Position numbers and translations under genes: made by a program. A stretch of DNA of 64,000 bases from Eledone cirrhosa (Eukaryota). Shown piece by piece: positions 49,272 to 64,000 of this stretch. Position 1 is the first letter of the stretch. Each line of letters starts with the position of its first letter. The stretch covers positions 158,224,001 to 158,288,000 of the forward strand of contig OZ024741.1 of assembly GCA_964016885.1 (NCBI GenBank), in the 5' to 3' direction. The notes beneath the pieces are model-generated. The model saw only the letters and a program-made list of their open reading frames with translations. It was not told the DNA's origin and made no database searches.

Positions 49272-50261
49272 ATCAAGGTGCTAGAAGTTAAAAAAAAAAG
49301 ACAGAAAACTGATTATTTATAAAAAAAACTAATGATATTCTTAAAATATTCTAAAAAAACAGCTAACTTTTGTAAATATAAATGTATATAATGTTTTACT
49401 AATCAATGGGTTGGGTTAATATGTATAGTGTCACATGGTGTGTTGTATAAATAACTTTCATATGTATATTGAATAGTGATATTGGTTCTGGTTTGGTTGA
49501 CAGTTTGGTTTTCTCAAACTTGTCTCTTTTTGTTGCTTAATCATGAGATATAAATTTGATTCAGAGAAGGGTTAAGATACAGAATCATTTAATCTGATCT
49601 CCATAAAGCCATCACCCCGTCCACTCTTTACACAGGGAATCACTGCTCTAAGTGGAGCACATGTTGAAACATTGTCTTATCCAGTCACTTCTGCTGTGTC
49701 TCACTCTCAACACAAACCCTCTACTAATTACTACAACCATCAAAGCTTCAAATTAAACATTAATCCCTTCATTACTGTATTTCTAATGAAAGACAATGCC
49801 AATGTGTTTATTGATTTTGAAAATAATCAAAATGTTGGAGTAATCTAGTAATATAACAAACTGGTGTTTGGAACATAAGTGAAAAAAAAATGTTTACATA
49901 AAATTATGATGGAAAGTTTTAATATAAGTATGAACACTTTAAAACAAGCAGTTTTGTATCATAGAACCAGGGACCATTTCAAGCAGGCTGGCAACAGAAG
50001 GGTTAATTCCATATTTAACCTGTTATATCTACAAAGGCTCCAATTTCTGTGTTCTTAGAATAGGGTTTTCAATATGTCAGGTTCACGGTATGAATTGAAA
50101 CATGACCAGTCTTGTTACAAATCTATTTTATAACCATATTTAGATTTATTATACCAACCTCTAAAGACATTAACTTTTACGTGTGATTGTTAAATATTTT
50201 GTGGCCATATTCATAATGAAATACATTGTATGAAATACCTTTTATGTTACAAATATCATCA

Positions 50262-50452
50262 TTAATCCTTTAGCATTTAAACTGGCCATATCCAGAATTC
50301 TCTAAACCTCTTTCTGTTCAAACCAGCTGTAACCAGCCACTCATACTGATGTTAAGGTATCATTCTCAAAATAAATAATATCAAAATCTCATTATTATGT
50401 GAGGTAAAGCTTTTACCGTAAATAAAGAGTAAAGTAAATGCTAAAGGGTTAA
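50262..50452. mobile_element. TTAA-bounded MITE, family B
   Basis: ttaatcctttagcattta...taaatgctaaagggttaa. Copies at 53524-53681 and, inverted, at 47910-48114. Confidence 0.75.
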
Positions 50453-53400
50453 ACAGGCACTAAATGATGGAAATAGTATTTGTAACAAAAAATTCTTATA
50501 TAAAATATGTTACAAGGTTTTGATTTACTTAAGAACCTTTTAAAATGAGTGGTTTTGTTTAAAAAAACTAGGGGCAATTTAAGGCTAGTTGATATCAAAA
50601 AGGTTGAATATTTTTATGTGGGTCAGCATAAGTGATTAGCTGTAGAGAATAAAAGTTCTGTAACATTTAGCAGTTTGGTAGTGTGTTTTGATTAAAAACA
50701 ATTTTTCAACAGTGTTTTCTGGGAAGATAGTGATAACGATGATGATCTCCCTATTGCTTTTAGTTAGAACCCTAGTTCGAACATCGTTGAACTGTTTAAT
50801 CAGCTAGAATTTATAATCTATCCATTCTTTCCCTTGTTGGTTTTTCATTAAGTCTTAATGCCACATTAGCAAAACATTTCTGAAAAGTACAAAACACCCA
50901 TCACATAGGCCCATCATATTAAACATTAGTCTTTATTCTAATATTGCAATTTTTCAGAACAATTTGGTGTTCATTTGTAAAGATACCATAAACATTTGAA
51001 TTAACAAGCATGGGGTTATGGCTCTGGACACTTCATTTCATGTTGCTTTTCATGATAGGAGTCCAGATAAACCTGAATAGGTGTGAGCTATTTGGTTTTA
51101 TGTTTAGTCATGATGTGGGACTAGAGTAACATTTAAAATACACATATAAGGGATTATTTACTTGACCCTTTCATTATTGCATTCCGAATGAAAGACACTG
51201 CATATGATTTTCTATTAATTTTTTAAATAAGAATTTGGAATAATTTAGTAAACTAATTTTCTCATTATTGTGTTTGGATTGGAGCATAACATAACAAAGA
51301 TTCTTACATAGAATCATTATGGAAAGTTTTCAGATAAATATAAATACTTTAAAATAAACAGTTTTGTAGCATAAAACCAGGGGTGGTTTCTGGTGGGCTT
51401 GATATTAAAAGGGTTAATTGCTTTTGTCATCTATTTGTATATCATGTGGTTTGTAATACACCAGCTGTCTTTGATAACAGTAGCCACCAATCCTTGCCTG
51501 TGGTTTCTAAAACTAAGGAGCTTCTATGTGGTTGATTAACCTGTTAGCAACAGCAGTCAAATCTCTGTTTTAATTAAAAAAATATCACATTTGATAATGT
51601 AGATACACTGTCTAAAAAACTCTCAAAACAAAAGACCTTGCTCTCACAGCTAGAAGACTTGATCATAGTTCTACTTGATCGAGATTGACAAAGTACTAAA
51701 CAATTACAAAGATTGAATGAGCCTCAACTTGGTTGCTCATTCTGTTTGAAATAGTAGTCACTATTCCCTCAAATTACACCATGCCATTTTAAATAAAGAA
51801 GGAAGAGTGCATTGGATAATGTAGCCCATATACATTGCCTGAAGGGTGCTGGACTCATAATTGTAAGTTCAGTTCCCAAATCAAGTTGTGTGTTGTGTCT
51901 TTTAGCAAAGCACTTTATTTCACATTGTTCCAGTCTACTCATCTGGAAAAAAGAGTTGTGACAACACTAATGTCAAATTGTATCAAAATTTGTCTTTCCC
52001 TTGGATAACATCAGTGTCATGGAGAGGGGAGATTTGCTTGCATGTGCAACTACTGATCTTCCACAAAATACTCTGCCTAGGCTTGTACCATGGTCAGTCA
52101 GCCATAGATGCATAACCCATGGCTTTTCATAATTAAAGTGGCCCTCTTTCCATTTATACACTGTCTGAGAAAAAGATTGTCATGACCAGAAAGTATTTGA
52201 TTGTATGTCTGCTTGATGAACATTAACCTGGGGCTAAACAACCACTAATATTTCCTTACCAACCTTAGTCCCAGGTACTATTTCAGTGTAAATACTACCA
52301 AACTTACCAAGAATACTGGGACAGATTGGGCATAAACCTGGGGGTAGGGGGAATAATCTATACAAACTTATCATCATCATATATCTGTTTTTCCATGCTT
52401 GCATGTATTACACAGGTCCTCTCCAATATAGCCTCTCTCTACTCATGGCATTTCTGTTTCATCTCTGTGAGAGTCTGCATTTTGAAATGAACAAAACAGC
52501 ACTCACAGTGTTCCTTCATCTCCTCTGTGAGGTCCAACATTGGGATTTGTTCTAAGCGCATCTTCCAAAGTTTTTTCTCAAGTCTTCCTCTACTACATCT
52601 TCTTCCACTGACATCTGGAAGTTTTTCACTCAGCATTCATCATCCATATTCATTGCATATCTATACCAGCACTGTCTTTTATCTTGCACACTACATTCAA
52701 TGCAATTAACCACATAACTGATGTTGTTTATCCCCACGTCACCATTTCAGCTATGACCATCCAATCTTATTAGGGATATATAAAGCTATATTGTTCAGTG
52801 TCTATTTTATTTTTTGTGCGTGTGTCTGGTTGTCAATCAAACAGATAATATAAGGTAGAATTGACTCTACAGTCTTGCCAAGTACATGGCATCCTCCCTA
52901 GTGCTAGTGTCATGATAAAATGCACTCACTACACTATAAAGTGGTAGTTCTGGTGCTATGAGAAAATACATCTCATATTCTGTATAAATTGATTGGCATT
53001 AGGAAAGGCACCCAGTCATAGAAACTGTGGAATGTATGAGCAAGATGTGGTCTCTCCAACCTGTCTAGTCTGGGACTGTGACAACCCATGCCTATGGTTG
53101 TGGAGAGGTGTGCTTCAAAAGGAAATTTTACTGCTATTTCTAGTAGATCAAAAAACCACATAGATTCTCTCATGCTGGCTTGTGGGAAAACTGATTGCCC
53201 TTAGTAGTCCCAGACCAGATAAAACCTTGACATATCCAGTGTGTTGGACCTATTCATTGTCTTCAGGCTTTGCTGTCTCAATGAAACTTAACCCTTGTGT
53301 TAATGTCTCTAATGAAAGACACTGCCTATTATTTTAAAATATTTTTGAAAATAACCAAGGATTTGGTAATATGAACTTTCTCATTATTATGTAGGTGTTT

Positions 53401-55722
53401 GTAATATAACTTAACAAAGGTTCTTACATAAAATAATGATAGAAAGGTTTTAGATAAATATAAACAATTTTGTATCATAGAACCAGGGGTGGTTTGATAA
53501 CAAAAAGATTGAATCAAGTTGACTTAACCCTTTAGCATTTAAACAGGCCGTATTTGGCCAGAATTCTGTTCACCTCTTTCTGTAAAGACTGGCTGTAACT
53601 GGCCACTCATATTTATGTTAAGGTAGTGTTCTCAAAATATGTAATAATAAATATAAAGTAATGTAAATGCTAAATGGTTAATGATAACGAGAAGGGTAGT
53701 TTTCCAGAAATAATATATTAAGTTCGTGCGCCGAGGTTAACTTTGCCTTTCATCCTTATGGGGTCGATAAAATAAAGTACCAGTAATGTACTGGGTAATT
53801 GCTGGCCTTGTGCCAAAAGTAGAAACAATTATTATTAGAGAGAAGTGAGGTGGGGATGTGGAAAGGCAGCAACGTTAGAGCATCAGATTAAATGCTTTAC
53901 AGTATTTACCTTCCTACTTCTAACACCTTATGAGTTCCCTTGTCATCTCATCGTATTTATTACCATCAATTCTTTCATTAATACCTAATTGTATTTCATT
54001 TAAATTTGCTATCAATTATTTTATTTGCCTCATTAAATATGCATGCATATGTCATGAGGAGGGGGCATCAATGTCACACCTCTTTCTTCTAACCTAAAAG
54101 TGGTCTTTGGACCCTACTTGGAGTAATTTTTTTTTAATAGAAAAAAATCCTGCCAGAGTTTTTCTTTTTTATCCTTACCAAGTTAATTAAGTAAGTACCA
54201 GCTATGTGTCAGGGCCAACTATATTCTTCTCTATATGTGAAATATGTATCAGTTATATCCCAGGATGAAATATACACTTTATATAATGCTTAGTGTGGGG
54301 AATCATTAATATTAGTAGGAGTGAGAGGATTTGAGGAACTGGGTCCTGGATAGAAGTGTTTTGTAGTATTTAGTTTAATTTCTTATTAATCTGAATCTTG
54401 ATACCTTAATGAAGCCTTTTGTTTTCTTTTATTGCAGATTTAAGGAGGAAGGGTGGGTAATATGAATACCAGTAATAGGGTGATGGGAAGTTGGCAGAAT
54501 TGGTAGAGCAGTGGGTAAAATGCCACTATTGTATTTGTTCTGGCTCTTTGTGGTCTAAGTTCAAATCCTGCTATGATCAATTTTACTGTTTATCCTTCTG
54601 GAGTTGATAAAATAAAGTACCATTCAAGCACTGGCATAGAATTAATCAACTTTACCCTACCCCAAAATTTACTGGCCTTGTGCCAAAATTAGAAATTAAT
54701 ATGAATACCAGTAATATAAGTAGCTAACTTCCTCTCAGGAAGTCAGTTGTCCAGGACTTTCATTCTAACCTTGCAACCATTGTATGCCCATTGCTCAAAA
54801 TCCAAATATATCCTTATTTTGAAATTAAATGTTTCTCTTTTATAAGATCTCCAAAATATAAACATTCCGTTGTAGTGATTCTACATATTTATTCTCTTAT
54901 GAACAAATAACTATAACAATATAGTGAATTGGCAGAGTTGTTAGAGCATTGGGTTAAATGCCTCTATTTCCAGCTCTCTTTCTTCAGACAGTCATCTTTT
55001 TATCTTTTCTGGATCAATAAAGTACCAGTTTGGTGGAATTATTTAGGTGTTGCATAAGATGCTTTCTGGTATCTGTTCTGGCTTTGTGCATTCTGAGTTC
55101 AAATCTCACTCTTGTCACGAGAAATATAGTAATACTTCTGCCTGGCATTTCAACCAGTAGATAGTATCAGCAATGGAAACATAGTTTACTTGGTCTCATA
55201 TGATAATTGGCTTCTTTCTTTTTAACAATGTTATGTTTTTATCTAATTATATGGTGTACTGGGTTCAGTTCTTCCTCTATAGAACAAATTGGCTGTGTTC
55301 AGACCTGGAGAGGGTTGGGCTCCGCTAGGTTTTAATATGCTGTGTAATGGTGCCTCTACGACTCCACAAGGAGTTATGAGATCTTTATCCTTTTTTTATG
55401 GTGGTGGATGGATGGTATAATCAGTCGAGATTCTGAATAATTTATTTGTATTACATTTACGTTCCTTCATGTTTTAAGTTTAATTTCCACCAATTTCCTG
55501 TCATCCTTCTATGGGTGATGAAATAAATCCCAATCAAATATTGGAGTGTTGCAATAATTTTGTATGTGTAAGTGAAGATGGGGGTGCTTTGCATCCAAGT
55601 GGTTCCTTGGTCAATCCTACTGTGTGGTACCTTGGACAAGTATTTTGTATTATAACTTCAGGTTGGTTAATATCTTTTTAATGAAATTTGTTTGGTAGAA
55701 ACTGCAATGCTAATTATGTATT

Positions 55723-55761
<39 letters not shown>

Positions 55762-57074
55762 TAAGTGTACTTAATATACCATAACTTAGCTCAGTAAATA
55801 GTGATGAAAAGGTGGTGGATTGCCAGAACTGGTATTGTCAGATAAAATGCCATTGCAGTATTTGTTCTGACTCTACATTCTGAGTTCAAATCCCCACTAA
55901 GGTCACCTTTGCTTTTCATCCTTCCAGGATCGATAAAATATAGTACTAGTTGAGTACTGGGGTTGATTTAATCTAATTTGCCCTTCTCCCAAATTTGCTG
56001 GCCTTGTGCTTGAATTAGAAAACAATAAAATAAGTACTGGATCAATATGATCAACTAAAACTCTTGAAGAATCTACTCCAGCATGGCCTCAGTCATGACA
56101 GTAGCCAGTAACAGAACAAAATATACTAAATTCCTCCTAAAAGAAAAAAATGCAACATTTTCAGAAATCAATATTCCAGACTTTATAACAGTATGGTGGC
56201 TGAGTTGGTAAAGTGATGTTTGGTTATGTTCCTTTCTCGGCCATGAATCCTGCCAAAATTGAATTTGATTTTTTATTGCTTTGGGTTCAATAAAATGCAT
56301 ACCAGTTATATATTGAGGGATCAGGTTTAGGGTGGTAAAGTTTCAACTTATTTATTTATAGTGTTTCCTTGCAAATGTGTGGCCTTGTATCAAAGTTAAA
56401 TGCTATTTTTTCAACCAGTGTTGTTGAAAATAATAGAGTTAAGTAGGTGAGCTTTTCGTGAAGTGTGTGTCGCCTGGTTTCTATCCCTAGTTCTCCACTG
56501 AGTTTTCCACTTAAAAAAACTAGATCATTCTACTTAGTAGATGTTGATAGAATGAAGGTGCATGGTCTTATGGTTAGGGAGTTGGACTGTGATTGTAATG
56601 TTGTGGGTTCAATTGTGGGACTAGGTTGTATATTGTGTTTAAAGAGCAAAACTCTTCATTTCACTTTACTCAACTGAAAATGAGTACTGTTGGCTCTATA
56701 ATATGATATATATATGTATAATATATAACTGCAGATGCTAATGCTGTTAACTCTATAAATATGTTGTTCACTAACTCAATCCATATAATATTTTGTTATT
56801 TTCCTCAGCTGATACCTTTTTATACCCCCCCCCCCCCCAAAAAAAAAGACCTCGCTTAAAGCTGAAATTGAATTCACAAACTTATCGAAATAATATTCAA
56901 ATAACTAACGCACACACAGATGTATACATACAAGTAGAACAACCTGCTCGTAAAATTATTGTGTAAATGACTGAGCATTCCACAGACATGTGTTCCCTTA
57001 ATATAATTCTCTGAGAAATTCAGCATGACACAATGTGTGACAAGGCTAGCCCTTTGAATTACAGTTAAAACTTG

Positions 57075-58216
57075 TCTATGCTAAGTGTCTGGCAAAGAGA
57101 TATGAGGATATTGTCGAGTCCAAGCTAGTTGATGAACTGGTTTTTGCCCCGGACACAGCACAGCCGACCAAATATTCATACTGCAGCAGGTCTTTGAGAA
57201 ATTGTGAGAATACTGCTAAGAGTGTATTCTTGCTCTGTAGACCCCGAAAAGGCATATGACTGTGTTCCATAGGATCTGCTGTGAAAGGTTCTGCAGGAGT
57301 ATGGGATCGTTGGTCAGCTTTTTGTTGCCCTGATGTGTTTAAACGAATGCCCAAGTTTTTGTTTTCAGATAAATGGTACTAAATCAAAACCATTCTATGT
57401 GGCAGTTGAACTCCGGCAAGGGTGCATACTGTCACCTCTCCTGTTCATTATTTTCATGAACAGGATTGACATGCACAGCCGGGTTGGAAGTGGTGTCATG
57501 ACTGGCAGGTGTAGAATCAGTCGGCTGGAATTTGCAGACGACTTGGTATTACTTAACTCAACAGAAGATGATCTCTGACTTGCCTTGATAGGTTTGATGC
57601 TGAGTGCTGCATAACTGGAATGAAAATCAGTGCTGTGAAAACAGATGCTCGTCCTATCAAGGAAGCCTCCGCAGTGCACGCTACATGTGAATGGAGTTCC
57701 ACTGAAGCAAGTAGAGAAGCTCAAGTATTTTAAGGCTGTGTTCACAAGTGATGGAAGGCAAGAGGTTTAAATGAGTGCGTGAATTGCAGGAACTGGGGCA
57801 GTCATGCACCATCTTCAGTAATCAGAAGGGAGGTAGATGTAAAAGCTAAACTTGCTATCTTCAATTCGATATTCATGCCAACCCTTACCTATGGCCATGA
57901 ATTTTGCATAAGGGTCTTAGGGGTAATATTACTCAAAAGAGTGCATAGCTCGGAGATCAGAGAGTCACTCCAGGTAATTTCTCCAAATTGAGAGATCACA
58001 GCTCCGATACTATGGGCATGTGGCTAGAATGTCTCAGGAAAGAATCAGTGGACAGATTTTATGGGCAAAACCAGCTGGCATGAGACCCAGAGCAAGATGG
58101 ATAACATCTGTGAACTCGGTTGGCCCCATTTGGGGATCCAGTTGGAAACAGAACTCGCTGGAATGGTTGAAGACTGCCCCCATAAGCCTCTTAGGAATAA
58201 GTGGGTGAAGAAGAAG
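57075..58216 (+). mobile_element. Decayed RTE-clade LINE, family 2
   Basis: RQGCILSPLLFIIFM, LEFADDLVLL, PTLTYGHE, then gaagaagaag tail. Multiple stops and frameshifts. Confidence 0.85.
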
Positions 58217-59907
58217 AGTGGACTAAAATAATATGAAATATACTATCTTGCTGAAGGACATAATGTGCCACGCAACCTGGGAATCAAACCGATAACCTTA
58301 TTATTGTGAACCTAGCACCTAACTACTACACTCTAGTCTGTCATGAAAAAAATGCTAGGTTAAGCAACTATAATGCTGTTTTTGACGGACAGTAGCCACA
58401 TAAAGAGGTACCACATCTTTACAGAAACCAAAATTAATAGATTCAAACATGTATAGCCTTTATTGTGGATGCAAACATAACTGAACAGTTAATATGTTTG
58501 CCTCACAATCGTGTAGTCTTGCGTTCAATCCCACTGCATGGCATCTTGGGTGTCATTTACCATAGCTTCATGTTGACCCAATTGATTCTTGTGTGCAAAA
58601 TTGGATCAACAGAAACTGGAAACTTAGATGTAATTTAATGATTCAGTCTTGTCATATTGTATCATGCTGATTCGTTTTGAAGATTACATTAACAGTACAG
58701 ATGTTCGTGGAAAACTCAACCATTCACATAATTAAGTTGGACATCCAGTTGATTGAACCACTGAATGCTCATCGTTGAAACTGATGAAGAACCCATTATA
58801 CAATTATTAATATATTATATGAGGGCGGTAGGTTTGCAGAATTATTAGAGCATCATATAAAATGTTTTGTAGCATTTGTTCCTGCTCTTTAAACTCCGAG
58901 TTCAGATTTGCCTTTTATCCTTCTAGGCTCGATATAATCCCCCACCCCCATATACACAAACATTGTAGGCTTTGTGCCTAGATTATAAATCATTTATTTA
59001 TACTATTCTAAAATGTGCAAGTCATTATTCAAGTACTATGATGAGTCTAGTATACAAAGCTGACACAGAAAAAGAAATGTTAGATATATAAATAATTTTT
59101 GTTCTGGTAAGTAATGCACTTCTAAGGAATACAAGCCATGCCAGATATACACATAAAAACACAATACAATTTTAGGCCAACAGTTTGAAAAGCCTTTTGT
59201 CAGCTTTAGAGTTCATGTAACTTGATTTCTTTGGAAATATTTAACGCGCTAGATAAAAAAGTGTCACTAAATCTCTATTATTTAAAAAAAATGTTATGTT
59301 TGTTTAACTGCAGTTAGATTAACTTTGTTCCTAAAAAACTAACCTACTACTTCAATAAAGAATAATTGCAGTCCAAGATGAAGACAGTTTTGAGTATTTT
59401 TGTATAAGAAGAACACTATTAATTTTATGGTGATGATCATCATTACTGCTTTACATGTTTTCCATGCTTGCATGAGTTAGATGGGTTCTCATGTTTTGAG
59501 TTTTGAAAGGTCAGATGACCGTGTCTTGCTCATATAGTCCATTCTGGTATAGTTTCTACAGCTGGATGTCCTCTGTAATGTCAACCATGTCACAGTATGT
59601 ACCAGTTCCATTTTATTGTAAGCACAGGCTATACCACCAGACAGAACTGCATGCTTTTTATTATAACACTAGCACTTTACAGAGCAGGCTGTGCGCTTTT
59701 TATTGACACCAATATTGTGGGTTGAGTGCATTTTAGGTTTGTACGAGCATTAACACATTACAGTGTGGGTTGAGTACATTTTATGGTTGCATTTACACTA
59801 CCATTTTTCAATACTAAGGCACTCATGTCTTCAGCTTGGCTGTTCAAAATAACTTCATGGTTATAACTTAGTTTTTCATGTAAAAAGTATTAGTGCTATA
59901 TATGATA

Positions 59908-61986
59908 CTAGCAGCTGAGCCCGGGGCCACTTTTTATTAAGTTAATAATTTGAAAAATATTATTGAAAGTTTATTATAAAGAAGCAGTTTCAGGAAAAAA
60001 AATAGAAATATGCACTTGGGGCTGGACGCCGTACAATGAGAAGTGGAGCAACGTGAAAAGCGTTGTTTATTAACAGCAAAATAGCAATGTCTATGATATG
60101 CAAGTTTGAAAATGCAGATTATGAAGGTTTGTATGATAGTTTACACTTTGATTGCCCTGGTCAGCAAGAGGGGCCTCTATATATTAGACGTTTATTAGAA
60201 GAGGGAGAAATAACTAACCCCAGTATTAGAACGGAGTTCGCAATGTAAGGGTTTTATTTCTTTTGTTAGAAAACTGACCTTTTTCGGTTTGGCATTTCGT
60301 AAAATTCTACTGCAGTATCGATTTCATAAAACGGTACTGTATGATCGTTATAGAAGTATTTAAATTTAATATAGAACAACTGTAATTTAAAAATGAAAAT
60401 GAAACGTACTGTAGAAGGCAACAGTTTATTAACAGCGAAATAACGTTGTCTTTGATATGTTATTTTAAATAAGACAATGAATATTAAAAAAAAACTGAAT
60501 TAATTAACTCGGCAACCAAAGGATGCATGTATTCTTTAAACTTTTCATTTGACTTAGAAAAATACTACTTACTGTTAGTGGTGGTTAACATGTATTAGAA
60601 TTAAAATAAAAGCACGCGTCCCTTCTTCGCAATTTAAGGGTTTTATTTCTTTTGATGGAAAACAGTGACCGTTTTCGGTTTGGCATTTCGTAAAATGGTA
60701 CTGCAGAATCGATTTCATAAAACAGTACTTTATGTTAACAGCGAAAGAACGTTGTGTTTGATATGTCATGAAAAAATTGATGAGTCTAAAAATTTGTATG
60801 AAATTGTAAATAAGACAATGAATATTGAAAGCGACTACGGGGGAAATAACTCGCCAAACACGATAGTAAATAGACCCTTTTGGGGCCCCAGGGACCACAT
60901 TTTTTAAGTTAGAGATTTGCTTCCTTAGCACTTTTTACATAGGTGTGTAAATTTTCATGTCCATCCGACCACATCTACTACCATTTAACCGTGCACAACT
61001 GAATTTCAACCACCACCCATTTCACAAATATATATTAGACTAGCAGAGGTACCCGACATTGCTCGGATATTAAATAGCAATTGTGTATACCATTTATGTC
61101 AATACTTCAGTGCTGCTTCGAAAGCCCATGTGTCAAGTTTTGTGAAAATCGGTTGCGAACTCCAGAAGTTATGACGTTTTGTTGCATTGCACTGCAGTGC
61201 TTCAGTTGACTCCAAGGAAGTGGTTAAAGGGGTTATCTGCCGGGGGGCCCTATAATCAATATCTGGGAAAATGACAGTGCCCATGACTATCCGGAGTACA
61301 TAAGTAACCTATGTCTTAAGTTTGGTGAAAATACTGTAGAAATGCATAAGGTTTATACATACGCGCGTGCGTTCGTGTGTGTGTAGGGTGGGGGGTGTAT
61401 GTATTTATGTGTGCGTATGTATGTGTATGTCCGTCGGGGCATACGTATATACTGGCCTAAATCTTCACTATTTACTTTTACTATTTTAATAACCTCTGTC
61501 ATTTTTGTTTTCAATTATATTTACATCATTCTTAAACTGCGGGGCTGGAAATCATTCTGTTATTTTAAATAGAATATTAGTCTAACGACTCCATTTATAC
61601 CATAAACTTGGTCTTGTCTTTGCATGAAATTGTTCTTTACGCTCCACATAACGACGTATTATCCTCGCTTTTTTCCCGTTCATTGCCAGGGAACGTCTTC
61701 ACGGACCAAAATATCATCTTCCTGTTTTCGTTTGGTTGCAACGTTTCTCGAAATAATTACTTCTGCGTTCACAGATTACTCTCAGTTCAATTTGAATGGG
61801 AAATTCCTGTTTCATCGATTTTATCCGTAACCATAGAAGATTGTAGCTTAAAAGTCGACCCAACGACTCATAGGGTCATTCTGCATAACTGTGTAAATAT
61901 TTGTTACATTCTACCAAGCCGTTTCGACGTTTATCCGACTACACCTACATATACAACGTCCGACCACTTCCAATTTATATAGTAGA
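59908..61986 (-). mobile_element. Two different non-autonomous Helitrons joined directly (59908-61039 and 61040-61986)
   Basis: Each has minus-strand 5'-TC and 3'-CTAG. Hairpin ccga(cattgc)tcgg at ~61053-61066. Outer flanks A59907 and T61987. Confidence 0.72.
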
Positions 61987-62616
61987 TTTGTTTATATATG
62001 AATGACAAAAAGAAAAGTACAAAACTATACATGAAGTGTTTCTACTAAACCTTCAATTTAAGAAGACACAACCTACATATTTGATAGGACTCCAGCTCAT
62101 TTCTTCTTCTTTTACTCCCCCTGGAACATTGGGCTGCGAGCCACCCCACACAACACCATGTTCTGAGTCTGCTTTTCAACTCCACCGTGATGCATGGTGT
62201 ATCTAACCATTTTTTTAGGTCTTACTACGGTTGATTTCTTCCAGAGAGAAAGAAAGATATGGAAAAAGGCAGAGAAGATTCATCCCCGGTGGAATAATAA
62301 AAAATGTTTACACTGCACATTTCATTTTTTCAAAGCTAAAGCTACCGATCCAAAATCAGTAATTCAACTCCCTGAAAACTTTCTAATATATGCTGTTCTA
62401 GCATGAATATTATGCTAAGGATAAGCTGTCCACAAAGTAAGATTTACTTGCATATCCCCGCTCATATAAACATAAATACATGCATACATACATTACAGTT
62501 GATATTTTTTTTTTATTAAAGCGTTTTCATATTATATATATATATAGTGACGAAACATAAGGCAATTGCATGAACTCATAATCCTTTATTTACTGTAAGA
62601 CAAAAGTATTAGAACA

Positions 62617-62822
62617 GGGGGAAATAACTCACCGAATGCGGTAGTTTTGGGGCCCCAGGGACCACATTTTTCAAGTTAGAGATTTGAAACCTAGTCTATT
62701 TGCTTCCTTGGCACTTTTTACATAGGTGTGTAAATTTTCATGTCAGTCCGACGACGTCTACTACCATTTAACCGGGCACATCTGAATTTCAACCACCGCC
62801 CATTTCACAAATATATATTAGA
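62617..62822 (-). mobile_element. 5'-end fragment of the 59908-61039 Helitron family
   Basis: Closely matches 60839-61039 (ggggccccagggaccacattttt...catttcacaaatatatattaga). Confidence 0.8.
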
Positions 62823-63594
62823 TTTATGATTCTTAATATAATTGCATTACTGAGTAAAGGTGTATAGCTCAGTTGTTCAGTGTTTGATTCACAATTATAA
62901 GATCTTGGATTTGATTCCTGGACCGGGTAATGGATTATATTCTTGAACTAGATGCTTCATTTCATGTTTCTTTTTTTGATAAGAATGCCTCCTCCTCGTT
63001 AAAACATCCAAGAAACCCCCTACGAAATGCAATCTCAGAAGAGACCAGTTACCTGCATGGGTGGGAGCTGTAAATCTCAAATTTGTAAAAAATCTTTTTC
63101 ATTTCTAATCATCATCATTGTTTAACATCTATCATCCACGCTCGCATGGGTAGGATGGGTTGACCCTTAGGGAGAGAATCAGGTCAGAGGACAATTTTTA
63201 GCTCACCTGAGGCAGATTTTGGCTTGGTTTCTACAGCTGGATGCTCTTCCTGACGTCAACCACATTCACAGTATGCGTTGGGTGCTTTTTGTCATGTCAC
63301 CTACATGACCACATTACAGTGTGCACTGGGCACTCTTTGTTGTGTCGCCGACAGGACCACGTCACAGTGTGCACTGGGCACTTTTGTCTTGGGACTAGGG
63401 AGGAAGCTTGGAGAAATTGCAGACGTAGGTAATAGAGGAGGGATGGTTATTGCAAAGGGAGGTGTATGGGACGGCAGGTGTTGCCTATTAGATATATGCC
63501 TCAGCTCAAGCATATAGGAAGGTGGGTCTTCTGTAGTACTGCATAGCACCAGAGGTTGCAGTCATGTGTCATTGGGTGTGGTGTAATTGTACAA

Positions 63595-63800
63595 GGTCAG
63601 CTTACCTCATCCCAAGTCTTCCTAGGCCTGCCCACTCCACAGCTACCGTCAACTTTGAGTGCTCTGCACCTTTTATATACAACTGTCATCCTCCATACGC
63701 ATCACATATCCATACCAATACAATTTCCTCTCCTGCACACAACAACTGATCCTCTGAACCCCTTGCATTTTATCAAGACAAATATGTAATTACAGGTGAA
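63595..63800 (-). mobile_element. RTE family 1 ORF2 C-terminal fragment
   Basis: Reverse complement encodes the RRGNCIGM/…GRPRKTWDE region. A similar relic lies at ~52440-52710. Confidence 0.65.
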
Positions 63801-64000
63801 CAATTGTCATTAGAGTGTGAGACAAAATGCCTTGTGGTTTTTGTCCTAACTTCCTGCTCTCTGATAGAGTTGTTAGAACATTAGACCAAATACATGGCCT
63901 AGTGATTAGGATGTTAAACTCACTAGCAAATGTCTGTGTGTTCAATTCCAGGATTGTGCATTTTGTTCTTGAGCAAGACATCATTTCATGCTGGTTTTCA

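Overview
Eukaryotic, AT-rich, microsatellite- and repeat-dense DNA. The SINE/RTE repertoire and intron style suggest an octopus (coleoid cephalopod) genome; this is inference, not verified. Two spliced + strand genes are reconstructable with consistent GT-AG phases. The first is the 3' half of a RalGDS/RGL-family Ral GEF (RasGEF C-terminus 375-996, RA domain 13766-16760, long 3' UTR). The second is a complete 6-exon ADP-dependent glucokinase (ADPGK, 34059-49271, 510 aa) with tandem ETS sites in its promoter. The rest is mobile DNA: RTE- and CR1-type LINE relics, at least three tRNA-derived SINE families, tandem non-autonomous Helitrons, TTAA/piggyBac-like and TA/Tc1-like MITEs, foldback palindromes and minisatellites. 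Most notable: an RTE LINE with a twin-priming-like 5' inversion and a PHD-type zinc finger inside its RT; inverted LINE copies bracketing ADPGK exons 2-4; a pre-tRNA-Arg/SINE chimeric retrocopy; candidate RA-less alternative 3' exons of RalGDS; and an unexplained CpG-rich structured element at ~25.4-25.8 kb that looks like the start of a spliced minus-strand transcript. Most ORF-track entries are microsatellite artefacts. All coordinates were counted by hand and repeat boundaries are approximate.
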